From contig MU058781.1 of assembly GCA_013265495.1 (NCBI GenBank), forward strand, positions 2,830,158 to 2,894,157: DNA of 64,000 nucleotides. Direction: 5' to 3'. The position numbers were made by a program, and so were the translations under genes. The notes under the pieces are model-generated. The model did no database searches. It was not told the DNA's origin and saw only the letters and a program-made list of their open reading frames with translations. Within the stretch, counting starts at the first letter, position 1, and each line of letters begins with the position of its first letter. Source of the DNA: Vicugna vicugna (Eukaryota). Shown here one piece after another: positions 37,501 through 50,722 of the stretch.

Positions 37501-40500
37501 ACGTAGTCCCCCAATGGCTAATGTGGTTATAGTTACTGCATGTAGAGATGACATGACAGAGATGACAAGCTACAGTTGTGCTGTGTCCTAGAAAAGATGA
37601 AAATTCAAACTCAACTGGAAAATAGATTTGAGATAAGATTGCATTTTGCCAACCTAAAAGGAACATGTTATATGAACTCTTAAGTGTTTGGTCATGGCTT
37701 GGTGCTTCCAGTGACTTTCTTCTTTTTTATGATGTAAGCAGGTAAATAAAAGTAAGGTTATTATCTATAAGACAGAAATGGCATATTTAACTTGCAAAGA
37801 TTTTTAAAGAATCAAATTAAAGTCAGTTAATTAGAAGCACATTAATACAAATGAAATCTGAAGCCATTTACCTTTTGTCAAAAAGAAAATGGGAAGCTTT
37901 CAGAACATTGGGTGAGTAAAGGAAAACTGAGCTTCAGAAAAATTACAGGTCTCCACTGTTATTTAACCAGGCGTGAGCCTCTTGGACAGAAATCCCAGCT
38001 CAGCAGGCTGACTTGCTCACAAACTGATGTCTTGTCTATTTTGGAGGTTTGCTTATTTGGTTTCTGAATCAACCAGAGATTTCATATTATGTAACTATTT
38101 TAGGCTCTTTTAAAGTCTGACAAAATGAGACCATGGGGTTCAGAGATGAACAGAGAGTACTCAAATTTTTGCTGTCCTTGAGATTTATATTTCATTGGAA
38201 GTGAAAGAGGAAAAAACTCTGCAGCAAATAGGGAAATCATGTTTGACATCAATTAGGTCTTTATTTTCAATTGCCAAAAATGATTCCCAAGTAGGGATGG
38301 GCAGACATTTCAAAACAACCCAGATGAGGTGGCTGAGAAACATCACAATTGTAAACTGCATTTAGTGTCAAGACAGATTATCTCAATTGAGATAAGCTGG
38401 AAATAGTTTATCTGCTTTTCATCTAGCATACTATATGAGGTACATAGGACTGGAAGAGGTATCTTAAAGACTGAGCCATGTATCCACCTAGCTCTGTTTG
38501 CTTTGCAATATCATGTCATTCTTATGCCCCACAGCATCCCTCAATAACTGTACCAAATAGGAAGTAGTAGAAATACTCAAGTTGGTATTTTCTTGTGTTC
38601 ATACCATGATAAGCATGCTCAAGTACCTGTCTCAGCCCCAGACTGACCTCTATGGACTTCTCCTGAGACATTCTGTGTTTACAATCTATTTCTGGTTGTT
38701 AAGACAGTAGACACGCCAGTTGAAAGCAAGGCTCCTTGGGATGCTTCTGTGCAGTGACACAATGGCACAATTATCTCAAGTTATTCAGTGGCAACACTGG
38801 TTACTAGAAAGAACATGAAATTTTGCTCCTTAATCACAATTTGCTGAATCCTATAAGCAACAAAGGGGGTGAGACCCAATTGTTTGAAGGGTGATTCATT
38901 GCTGTCTGTGGTACAGAGTTCTTCTGTACCTCCTTACATCCAAATTAGCAGCATTGTCAGGAGAAAAGAGTTCTTTAGATTCTTCTGGTGTTTTTAGGGA
39001 TAATAGCATCCACATTTCTAACATATCACTCTTTCAAAAATAATTAAGGATTTGGTTTTGCCAAAAATGTGTTTGAAGCAAGCCTTGCAATGTCAACTTT
39101 AGAAGTTTGTAGGATGCCAAAAATCTATGTTTAGTGCAGTGTGTATACATTTTGGACAAGGCAGAACTATTTATTTTGAAATTAAAATGTCTCCAAGCAA
39201 CCATGCATTACAAAACATTTTAGAAGAGCCTTTTGGCAGTAGTTAAGGAGAATTTTCCATAGATATGAATAAGTATGTGGAGATAATGGCCATAAAACCC
39301 ATTTCCAACTTCTGACAGTTCTTGTGTCTGATCTTACCTTAGAAAGGAGTAACAGCGATTGGGCTGCATGCAATGACTTGTTCCATACAACATCTTCAGG
39401 GAGTAAAAAAATTTTTTTAACATAAAGTAGTTACACATGATATAAACTGCAAGAGCAATGCTGAAGTTTCTCTCTAGGAGGTATATTCCTAAATCCATTT
39501 TTCAGGCAGTTAACCTCCTAGGGAAAGTGCTTTTTAAAACTAAAGATTTTCTGCTCGTTCCTTGTATTATCTGGAAAGATGGAAATACCTATTTGAGAGT
39601 ATCTATCAAATTCCATAATGGTAGGGATGGTTAAGGAAAGAAGCCATAGGGCATGAAAATCATGATTTTTATTTATTAGTATATTTACTTGCATTTGCAG
39701 GTGGCATTGCTAGAACTTTATCTCTCGGGTTGACAGGAGAATGGAGATTGGATGATATGATCTCTCCTTTATGAAGAGTCATGAAGCTCCGAAGCTGGGG
39801 ATTACTCTTGATGCTCTGCTGATGTTAGGGCAACTCTCAGTCAACTGGCATGATCTATCTTTTGGGGTTAACTTCTGGTTTGTCAGAGCCTCAAAGAATT
39901 GATTTACATTTGGAGTTTTTTTCTCTGTCTGACCACAGACATTTTAAAAACTTTTATACTTGCACAAGAAACATCCTTCAGTTGAAATTGTATCTTGGCA
40001 ACAATCTATGCGTTAATCAACCAGAAAGCAATTGCCCAATTAAACATAATTCAAGTTTTATGCCTCAGCAAAAACTAAGGAGTCTTGCAAATAAGTGTAT
40101 CATTAAATGCTGAAATCCTTGCTAAACTGAGAGCCCCCTTATTGAGAGCTTGATCTATTTGAACCTTCCTTGAACTCCTCATGTGCTGAATCTAAGCCAG
40201 TTCACCCCATGTAGGTGTGACTTCAAGGAGTAATTTCACTAACAATGCCAGCACGAGTATTTCAGTTCTGACAGTTATATTTCTCATTGCAAATGAACAC
40301 ACTGGATACATAAGAGTGATGTTCTACCTAGGTTAATCTGAGCCTTCCTTCTCTCATTGCATTAACATATCTGGTTTCAGGGTCCTTAAGACTGAAAGTC
40401 AGGCTGGGGTCCATGGTAGGTAATTTCTCTGGGGCCCTCCTGGCCAGTCAAACTGCTACTGGAAGCAGTTTTCAGAGATCACCATGTGGAAACTGTTCCA

Positions 40501-42940
40501 CATTCCTACCATCCTCTTTGTATTTTTTATTCTAAGGAAGTTTAGAAGCTGTGTAAGCCTAAGTATTGTGAAACTGGAGGTGGTATTGGGGAAATTGAGG
40601 TGATAATAGTATAGAGGGAATACTTGCTTTGAGGGGATGGGGGCACTGGTTGGGGAAGAGGAGATTCTGTGTCCTTTCATAGTGTCCCCAACAATGCTGG
40701 CATGCCAGCGTGAGGGAAGAAGAAAGGCTTCCACAGAAGGGAATGTTTATCCAGTGATAGCCAAATTTTGGAGGATGAGGAAAATAACATTTCCCTATCT
40801 ATATTAACTTGGATTTGTCTCTATTTTTTATCATTAATCACGGCTCCAAACAAAGTTAATGGGAATGTTATGGCTCAATTTCTGTGGGCTGGGGAAGCTT
40901 ATCAATGGGGCTGCCACTTCCTAGCTACTTGTGGAATTTATGTGAACTGAATTCACTCAGGGATGTTACAAACATTTTAAACTCTGTCCTGCCAGGATGA
41001 TGAAATATTGAAAAATATTCACACATGTTTAGGGAAAAAAAAAAAAGAAAGAATGAAAGCTCCTAAAATCCAACTTTTTCCCTTCATTCTGTCATGAACT
41101 TCTTGCTCAGAAGACTCAATGGACATTTATAATTACACACAATAATAAACATCCAAGGAGCTTAATTATATTTTAAACCCAAATTGTTTTCAACATAGTT
41201 TTTGAAGTACAGACTGTGACTATTTGCGGACATACTTTTTTAAGAAGGAATATAATAAGAGGTAATAAATAATAAATTGGTAACATAGTGAAAAGTTGCT
41301 TTCTTGGGAGTAAATCTACCTGGATAGCTTACAGTCTACCAGACATTCACATTTAATCACATAGATATACAAAGTTGTTCTATTATGTTATTCAAATAGT
41401 GAGTTCTTATGAACTGCTGATTCCTACAGCAAAGAAATAAGGCCATATCAAGGACACTGTTACTGAGTTCCAAAGACTGTAAAATTCATGCCCAAGATGA
41501 CACAGAAACCTGGTTATATGACCACAAATCTTCCAGTTAAAGATACATCCACTAAATGCACTCCCTTGCATTTCAATTAAATTATGCCTTTGAGCAAGAA
41601 GAGTGAAAAGCAAATGGTTTAGAGATACTAGCAGCTTTACTAAAAAAATACTGAAGAACCCTGCTATTTGTCTTTGCTAAGCTCTATGCTGCTTACATGA
41701 AGATTTAAGGCACTGAGAGCATAGATAGCTTTAGTCATTTTACATGTTACCGCAGAGGTGGGATGAATGGATTAGGCAGGAGGGGAAGGACACCTCACTA
41801 AAGAATGTCACACGCCCAGTCTTCCTTCAAACCTTGTGGAAGAATTCTCCACTTTAATTTTAAAAGTCACTATGTGACTTTCAGATTGAGTTTCTAAAAT
41901 CTCCTAAGAGCTTTCTGGAGAGATTGATAAGAAGCAACTAAATTAATTGAAGTATTTAATATCACAGTTTTTTAGGGGCTACAAAACACTGGCTTAATCA
42001 ACATTTCTATGTGGATAACTGTCTTGTCTTCCTTCCCCTTACCTCAAAAGTTTATTTACACATTAGTTACAAAAAGTACATGTTTTTGTGTGAATTAGAA
42101 TTGATTTTATTAGAATTAGAGTAGACTTTAAGAAATATTCTCCTAATAACTAAGATGCTAAAATATCTTTGATATAAGATGTATTCCAAAGAATTTTTCT
42201 AGGATGCTAAAAAAGGATGACTTTTGTTTCTCATCTTCAAGTGCTGTGGGACTAGGGCTGAATAAAAGCTCCTCAACCCATAACTAGATAATTGTGGGGA
42301 TGCTATTTCAATTCTCTAAGCTTTAGTTTCTTCATATATGCCAATCAGCAGTGATTCCTACCATCCAGGGTAGTCATGAGGACTATATTGGATAAACTAC
42401 ATACATATTTTGGTGTCTAGATTATAGTAGATGTTTAATATTATTTCCCTTTATAACCCATTTAACCCCAAGTAGATTTTAGGCTTCTTTGGTACCATGG
42501 TAACAAACTTTACCTATTACTAGTGGATTTAGTCATCAAAGGATAATATGCAAATTGTTCATGATAAATACACTGATTATAACCATAATTAAAGGCACTA
42601 GATTAAATATGCTTTATTCATATTATTTTCCCAGTCACATAGTACTTAACATTTCATTCTAGTATATATTAATTCCTTTGGCAAGATTATATAAAGAGAT
42701 ATGACGTAAAAGGAAAAGGAAGCAATCATAGGCCTCCTTCTGTCAAAATTAACATAATTTTATTCTTCAGCCTTTGTGTAACATATAGGCCCATTTTCCT
42801 GGCTTTTTTGTTTCATGGTAGCATCATCATGTGGTCACTTCTCAGGGTTTCAGAATGTGGTTTCATGCTACATATTCAAATTTAAGTTCCCCTATTCCAA
42901 TCATCTCACTTTCTTTTTCCCTGTCTCACACAAACATTAC

Positions 42941-42953
42941 ATATATATGTGTG

Positions 42954-42985
<32 letters not shown>

Positions 42986-43010
42986 CATATATATAAGAAT
43001 ATATATATAT
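42941..43010. repeat. (TG)n/(TA)n microsatellite
   Basis: Directly visible. Confidence 0.9.
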
Positions 43011-43109
43011 TCTTTGCTCATACATCTTCCCCTGCTCAGAATCCTGCCCAAATCCTACCAGTAGCTCAAGACCCAGAACAAGCACTGTATCCTTCAGCAA
43101 TTCTTTGGC

Positions 43110-43770
43110 TGTTATTCGGCAAATGAAGGGATTATTAGATGCAGGGAACCCTGCTATAGGGACAAAGACTCCATGAGTCCTTCCACAGGTCTACAGCCTA
43201 ATGTGGAGATTCAGGAATAAAATATCACAGGTGCTAGAATAAAGGGATTCAGAAACTACAGACAGGACCAAAATTGTCAACTGAACTTGGTCAAGGTAGT
43301 GTGGTCCAGAAAATACTTAATGTTACTGGGACATGAACCTGACCTTATACACACAAGTATCTTGTATGTGTAAGCAGGTGTCTTTCAAGTAGGGTGAATG
43401 TGGAAGATGGTGGAGAGGGATAGTCCTCAGAGAGGGACCTTGCATGTGATGGCACAACAGCTCCAAGCATCCTGGTTTGTTAGGAGCTGTAGGAACCTAG
43501 GTGGGACTGGTGGGTGAGGGATGGTGAGGCAAGAGGTAAGTTGGGAAAGGTAGGAGATGTCAGTTCTTCATGGTTTTCTGTTTGTCCTACAGCGGTTGGA
43601 TGTTATCCTCAAGGGAGTAAAAAGCCATTGAAAATTTTTAAAGCAGTGAGATTAAGTTAAAAGATGCACATTTTGGAAGTCTCTGGAAGAAGCACAGAGG
43701 ATGGAGGAAGGCTAGAGTGGAGGTAGAGTCCAAGTTGGAGACTCTCAATCCTCCAGCTAGAAGGTGGCTA
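43110..43770 (-). mobile_element. L2 fragment
   Basis: Antisense L2-like, e.g. GCCATTGAAAATTTTTAAAGCAG...GAAGGCTAGAGTGGAG. Boundaries approximate. Confidence 0.6.
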
Positions 43771-45062
43771 ACTTTCTCTTCCTTGAGGTTCTTTTGTGCT
43801 AATTGACAGAACATTCATTTTACCACTGAGCTGTTCTCTTCTTTCACTCATGAAAGCTTTCTCTCTACAACTACAATGAAAAGCATTCCTGCCCTGACAT
43901 ACCTTGCTTTGATTTTTGGTACCTCCTCTTCTAATCCTTTGAACATCCTCATATGTATACACACAGCTCCCAGGACAGGGATGCATACTGAGAAGACGGG
44001 TGGAAAATGCTTTCAACTGACAGATTACATTGGCCTCAGGAGTGATTAATTCTACACAACCAGTTCCAATGAGGTCAGCAGCAGTGAATGTCATACACAC
44101 ACACAAGCTCCTGAAAGCTATTTCAAGGCTAAATCAACACACTAGAGAGTTGGAATGTGTGTCTTGAGATTCTTTACCCATTGGCTATTCTTTCTTTATA
44201 ACTTAATTTAATTTGAATATTTGCAAAATGTTTAGCTACCATCATATAATACCCAAAATTTGACTTTGCTGAATGTATGAGATGATTTTGTCCTGAACAC
44301 ATTGCCCTCCATCTTTCAAACTGAGTTTTTTTTTCTAGAGCCTCATCCAAGTCAGTGGAATCTGTATTCAAAAGCATCTGTACTTTTCCTTGCAAAGCTT
44401 AGTTTTCATCAAACTTCCTGTAAGCACAAGTTAGCCTTCACTGAATGCTTCATCTTAACTGATAAAGGATTACATTATGGGTATGTAAAATATATACATG
44501 CTGTTTAGGTATAGTGAAATTTTATGGATGATTGGAAAGGTCAAGAAAAAACTTCCTGTAAGATACCTCACAATTCTTGATTTTAAAGTTCATGTAATTA
44601 GATAACTATATTGTCTAAGACAAGATGGTAGTCCTCTGCTTTGAAATCTATTTTTCCTTAATTCGAACAAAATTTTTTTCATTGGCCATCAGAACATGTT
44701 GCAAAACACATTTTAAAAAATTCTTGCATTGTGGTAGTGATAGATAGACATCTAAATGTTTTAAAATTTTCGAATTTATATGGATATGTACATTTAGATA
44801 CTAGAAATTTTAGTTGATTCTGCAAAAATCTAGCCTTTCTATGGAGCTGAGTTCTTTTAAAACCTTTTGGCAGTCTGCCAAAGTATAGGTAGGAGAGAGT
44901 ATTCGAAGAGAGATGGACAGAATAAAAAAGCGAGGAAAAGAAGAGGGGAAAAGGACTGGAGGAAATGATTCTCCAAAGTCCAGTGGTTGGAGAGAAGCCC
45001 GCGTACAGTTGAAGGGGAAATATCAGAGATGAAGGCATCAGAAGAAAATGGAAATGAAGACT

Positions 45063-45552
45063 GCATGGGAATCCACAATATGGCAGATTCCCTTTCTATC
45101 TGCCCCACCCCTTCCTGGTGTGTCCTATTGCACTGCATTGGCAAGAAAATAAAAACAACATTTCCCAGACTCCCTTATAGCTGGGTTTCTGAACAGGTCT
45201 AGGTTTTATTGATCAGAGGCACTCTTGAGGGTCTTGAGTTTAGCACTGAACCAGGTGGGGAACCAGGCAGCAGTAGGTCTGGCAACCATTTTTCTGACAC
45301 AGGTATCATAGGGATACCAGGTTCTAGAGCCAGTCATTCTAACGGTGACTCCCTCATCCCAGACCATAGCTCAGGACATGAGATCTGAGAGACGATGATG
45401 ATCTCAGCACTGGACTGCAGACAGGTTTCGGACAACGGCTTCCTGCCTCCCAAGTATTCTGATTGTGGTAGACGTAGAGACTGTTCCTCCAGTATCTGAT
45501 TCTCTGTTTTGAGTTCCCTACTGCTTAAAATACTGCAACTGAAACCTGATTG
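45063..45552 (+). mobile_element. ERVL LTR (LTR33/LTR16-like)
   Basis: AAAACAACATTTCCCAGACTCCCTTATAGCTGGG motif and a 3' end CTGCTTAAAATAC...CTGAAACCTGATTGA. Confidence 0.6.
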
Positions 45553-46680
45553 ATAAGCATCATTTTTACTTAGTCACACTAAAGGATCCATGAGAGAGAA
45601 GTTATGAGTAACTGCCTTAGGAAATAAAACTTCACTTTGTGAAGTTCTGGTTATCCATGTACATTAGGCATGCAACTGATACATGTTACATCAGTACTGG
45701 TAAATACAGTCAACTCTACTATTCAAAGGTCAACTCCTTCTTATCATTAACTATCTTGCTTATAGCCTGTAATACTGGGAATAAGAAAAAGACTTTTGAA
45801 CAGAGCACCCCTATAATTCTCATAAGGCCTCATTTGGTGAGCACTCAGGATATCACTGACTGCTAATTAACACGAAATTCAAACAAATTGGGATTTATAA
45901 TTTCTCATGAACTTGATCAGAAACTAGAAATATGTGAGAAAGACTGATCAAGACAAGCACAAGTAAGTAGAAGATTGAAACATCACAGATGGAAAAAAAT
46001 CCAAAGGAGAAGTGGTATTATATTCCTCAAATATCATCAAATTATAATGCAGAGAGTTAAAAAAAAGAGATAAACTATGCTCAAAAAGAAAATATAAAAA
46101 TTGTTACCATTTTGGAGATTAAAAGCATATTACACAATGAGATGGAAAACAAAATCTTACTCTACAGATGGTGTAAGATAAATGAAGCATTGCGATTTCC
46201 TTAAAATAGATAGATCACCCTTGAAGCAAATGAATACTCAGAATCAAATGTGTTGTTCGCACCATCATCAAGGGAAGTTGGACTAACACCCAAAGAACCT
46301 GAGTAATAATTCTTTAATTGAGTAAATAGGAAATAATGAAAGTACTTCTGGAGATAGCTAAGAAGATTATGTGGCAGAAGGACACATTTGTTGACTGTTC
46401 TGCATTTTCTGACAGTGAAAATGATCCCCTGACAATGAATGAGGAACCACACTTAAATTTTCCCATAACTGTTTCACAGAGGTTTCTTACTGTGGTCACT
46501 AAATCATATTTGTGAGTTTCAGCTGCCCCTCCCTTCCAGGCTCTACAGTAAGGCTCCAGGCAACAGCCTTTGCTGGAACCATGGCATCAGCTATTAATAG
46601 GCTGCTGTTATTTTGTGCTCTCTTCTTTGAACTCAAAGCATGGATGGATGGATGGGTAGAGATAGAGATAGACAGATACA

Positions 46681-46753
46681 GAGAGAGAGGAAGAAAGAAA
46701 GGAAAGAAAGAAAGGAAAGAAAGGAAGGAAGGAAGGAAGGAAGGAAGGAAGGA

Positions 46754-46816
<63 letters not shown>

Positions 46817-46854
46817 GAAGAAAGAAAGAAATAAAGAGAAAGAAAGAAATAAAG

Positions 46855-46885
<31 letters not shown>

Positions 46886-46923
46886 AGGAAGAAAGAGTGA
46901 GAGAGGGAGGGAGGAAGGAAGAA

Positions 46924-46991
<68 letters not shown>

Positions 46992-47305
46992 AANNNNNNN
47001 NNNNNNNNNNNNNNNNNNNNNNNNNNNNNNNNNNNNNNNNNNNNNNNNNNNNNNNNNNNNNNNNNNNNNNNNNNNNNNNNNNNNNNNNNNNNNNNNNNNN
47101 NNNNNAAAAAAAAAAAAAAAAAAGAAAGAAAGAAAAAAAAGAAAGAAAGAAAGAAACAAAAGAAAGAAAGGAAGGAAGGAAGAAAGAAAGAAAGAAAGAA
47201 AAGAAAGAGAGAAAGAAAGATAGAAAGAAGGAAAGAAAGAGAGAGAGAGAGAAAGAAAAAGGGACAGAGGAAGAAAGGAAGGAAGGAAGGAAGGAAGGAA
47301 GGAAG
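46681..47305 (+). repeat. Large compound (GAAA)n/(GGAA)n polypurine microsatellite spanning an assembly gap
   Basis: Directly visible, preceded by (GGAT)n and GATA-type units. Confidence 0.97.
46994..47105. other. Assembly gap (112 N)
   Basis: Run of N characters. Confidence 0.99.
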
Positions 47306-47869
47306 AATTTTCCAAGACATCTTATTAAATGAAAAATCAGTTTGCAGGATAATACGTAAGGTATAGGCCTTATTAGGAAGAAAGAAAAAGGAAAGGAAAG
47401 GGAGAGAAAGGGAGAAAGAAAAAAAAATAAAGACGGAGGGAGGAAAGGAGGAAATAAATTGTGGTTATGTGTTTGTGTGAAAACACAATGAAATTAAGGT
47501 GAAAGGCTGCATAGATGTGTACTAAACCTTTAATGGTAATGCCCCTGGGAAGGGAATTTAAGATGGGAATGTATGAGGTGGGGAGGGGCAGAGGGAGGTG
47601 CAAGAAAGCTGGAGTCAACTTTGACTCCCTGTCCACCCAGATATAATTATTACCAAGTCCTTTCAATATTGCCTTCTTTCTAACTTTAGAATTTGTCTGT
47701 TTTTTGAGAAATAGACATCTCCAACCAACCTTCCCCAGCCTAGGTGTCCATTATATCTTGCTTTAGCTTTGAACTGCTCTTCAAAATGGTCTCACCGCTT
47801 CTAGTTTTGCTTACGCATATCATCCCAAATCCATGCTAATGCGTTAACCGTGATTCTTTATTAAAATCT

Positions 47870-48865
47870 TTTAATTTTACAAGTAGGCATTATTTGTGTA
47901 TTATATATAAATACATTTTTAATGTAGAAAATTCAAATATCAAATTATCCAAGCATTTCCTTCCTGCCCACCCTCCCATATCACTTCTCTACACATTCTC
48001 TATCCTAAATTTCATTTCCCTCCCCAGAGGCACTGTAAGTGATTTATTATCCATCTCTCCAGTCTCCCATGCTTCTTAACACACACACAATTGCATATAT
48101 CTTTTCCTTTATTAGTGTTTGCAAAAACATGATTACACCATATGTATTATTCTGCAGCTTTATTTTTCCCTTAAAAAGTTGTCTTGGAGAATTTTCCATT
48201 TAGATATATAAAGTCTACCTTATTCTGTTTAACTACTATAAAATATTTCATAGAATGAATATATTATAATTTATTTATTGATAGATATTAAAGCTTACTA
48301 CAGTTCCTTGTTATTTAAAAAATTGCTGCATTTGTGTGGCTGATCTATTTCTATAAAATAGACTCCCTAAAGGTAGACAGCTGAGAAGAGTATGAATTCC
48401 TTTGTTTTTGATATATACTGCACCAAATTACATTACAAAAATTCTTTACCAATTAGCACTTTCACCAAAAGAATAAGGTAGACTTTATCTTTTAAAGGTT
48501 TTAAATTATGTTGGTAAAATACGACATTTTTTGTTTTAATTAGTAATTTCAGAGATATCAGACATACATTTTTGCTAATATTTCTGTCTTTTGACAAATA
48601 CATACTTTTGGGTCCATTTTAAGATTCTTTAATTCACTTGTATGAATTCTATCTATCAATTGACCAATCACTCTTTCATCTGACTGGAGCTTCTGGGTTT
48701 TTTCTCTTGCTCAGACTGTCCCAACCAAAGATTTAAAATTATCCTATACTGTCTTTTGATAATCCATTAGGAATTCATGTCATATATGGTATGAAGTAGA
48801 AGAGTTCTTTTTTTTCCCCCTTTTTCAAATTGGCAGGCGATGGTCTAAGGCCTTTTATTGCATAA
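47870..48865 (-). mobile_element. Old L1ME-like fragment
   Basis: Antisense L1M-like text (TATGTATTATTCTGCAGCTT...TATTTCATAGAATGAATATATTATAATTTATTT...TTTACCAATTAGCACTTTCACCA). Confidence 0.6.
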
Positions 48866-50536
48866 GTAAATATGCAATGTTTATTTGTTGTTCTTAAAAG
48901 CAGGAGCTTTGGGGTAAGGCAGACTTGGATTTAAAGTCTAGTCTGGCACTTATTAGTTCTGTGTGTGCTGTTTACATCATTTGTGGAGACTGGGGGAAAA
49001 TGAAAATGTGAGGCCGGACTTGGGTGGGGAAACCAAGCTCTCCTTCCCACCAGCCCACCTCTCAACCCACAGCTTCTGGACAGTCTCCAAGGGATTGAAA
49101 CCTCCATGTTGATACAGGATTGGTATCTGGATTGGGGGTGGACAAGTGGCTCTTGTCATCTCCAAACAACATGACATGGCGCTGTCAGCCCAGGGCAGTG
49201 ACTTCTGCCTTGTCATTCCCAAAGAGCCCAGCCCTCCCTGTGTGCATGCCTAGAGCCCCCAGGGGGCTGACTGCAGTGGTGGAGCATGGGTATCCTCCTG
49301 CAGATGGTCACCACCCTGGTCACAAGGTCACAGGCCCTCTCCCATCTCTATTCCTCCTCACTCTGCGATATCACTCTTCAAGCTCTGCTCAAATGATCTC
49401 TGAATGATAACTTCCAAGGAGGTGAACTCAGTGGGCACGTTAAAAAACTCCCTGTGCAGGATACCAATGTTTGGTCAGTAAGTATTGTTATTTGGAGAAA
49501 AGGACTGATGTCTTTGTTTCCTGTTGTTCATATTTTTCAGAGACACAAACTCCTTTCTATGTTGAAAAAATTCCTGACAGCACCAAGCTCAAGTTCAAGG
49601 CCATGATTGAAAATCTTCAGAATTTTGAACTCACACTGAAGGGAGAAGGGGGAAGACTGGGATGATTGTAATGAGCTTGACTCATTTTTTTTAATGCTCT
49701 GTATTTAGAAACAATCATTTGAAGATCATATAGCATTTGACAGAGAGTTAGGTAGTAAGGTAACCATCTCCATGAGAAAAAACAGACACAGGGGAGAAGG
49801 CACCTTGCCTAAGGCCACCGTGGGGAGCTTGGAACCAAAGCCAGTCCCCTATCAGGAGATCCCAGTTGCCTCTGAAATTCCATGATCAGAACAGGCAGAA
49901 CACAAAAGAGAAACCCACAGAGGAGAGGAAATGTTTTCCCACAAAAGCAATTTCCTCCAATTTGTATTTCAGCAACAAATTTGTTTCCAGTTTCAGATGC
50001 CACTATTCAAAAATGACCTGTTGCCTTTCGACTATAATAGGACCTCTCTCATTCTTCAGTGATTTACTTGTAAATATTTATCAATACAACCTGGCCTTTA
50101 GACCCCTTTCTCTGACTTTATTGCAATGAGCCCCCAGCCCCGTCAACACTTCTCAAGCCTGGGTTACTGTTACGTATTTCCCGTGGGTCGATGTGCTTCT
50201 TTCATGTGGTCTACGAAGTACTGTAAACATTTACAGCCGAACTGTCAACATAGATAAATAAAACACTGTAAATTTTTACAGTTCAGTAACCTTTATTATG
50301 CTTTTTATACTCTTGCATAAGTCCAGAAGATTTCCTTTATCTCAAGAAAGTGAAGCAATAGACTCAATTAGTTTTACTAGATTACTCAGCACCAGTTGAG
50401 CTAAAATCCTGATAGTGTCCCACTGCTAAAGTTATGAGTTTTTTCTTTAGTTAGAAATCTGTTTTATTAATGATATAAATGAAGCTTTGATTACAATTTC
50501 CATATTCCTCTCATTGACAACCCCACTTGTCTAATG

Positions 50537-50722
50537 CAGCAGTTCCAGAACTTTAGCAAGCATCAGAATTCCCTGGAGAACTTGTTAAAACATAGGTTGC
50601 TGGGCCCCATCTCCAGAGTCTTTGATTCAGAAAATATGGTGGGCGGAGGAGGGGGCCAGCAATCTGCATTTCTTACAAGTTCCTAGGGATGCTGATGCCA
50701 CTGGTCCAGAAATCTAAAGCAC
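50537..50722. mobile_element. MER5A hAT-Charlie MITE
   Basis: GCATCAGAATTCCCTGGAGAACTTGTTAAAACATAGGTTGCTGGGCCCCA...AATCTGCATTTCTTACAAGTTCC...GATGCTGATGC. Confidence 0.88.

Noticed and set aside
42815..43126. ORFs with YIYI/CVCV repeats (likewise 32649-32979)
   Set aside because: Translations of (TA)n/(TG)n microsatellites.
46499..47366. Longest ORFs in the track (235-284 aa, K/E/R-rich or F/L/S-rich)
   Set aside because: They are translations of the (GAAA)n/(GGAA)n microsatellite and run through the N gap.
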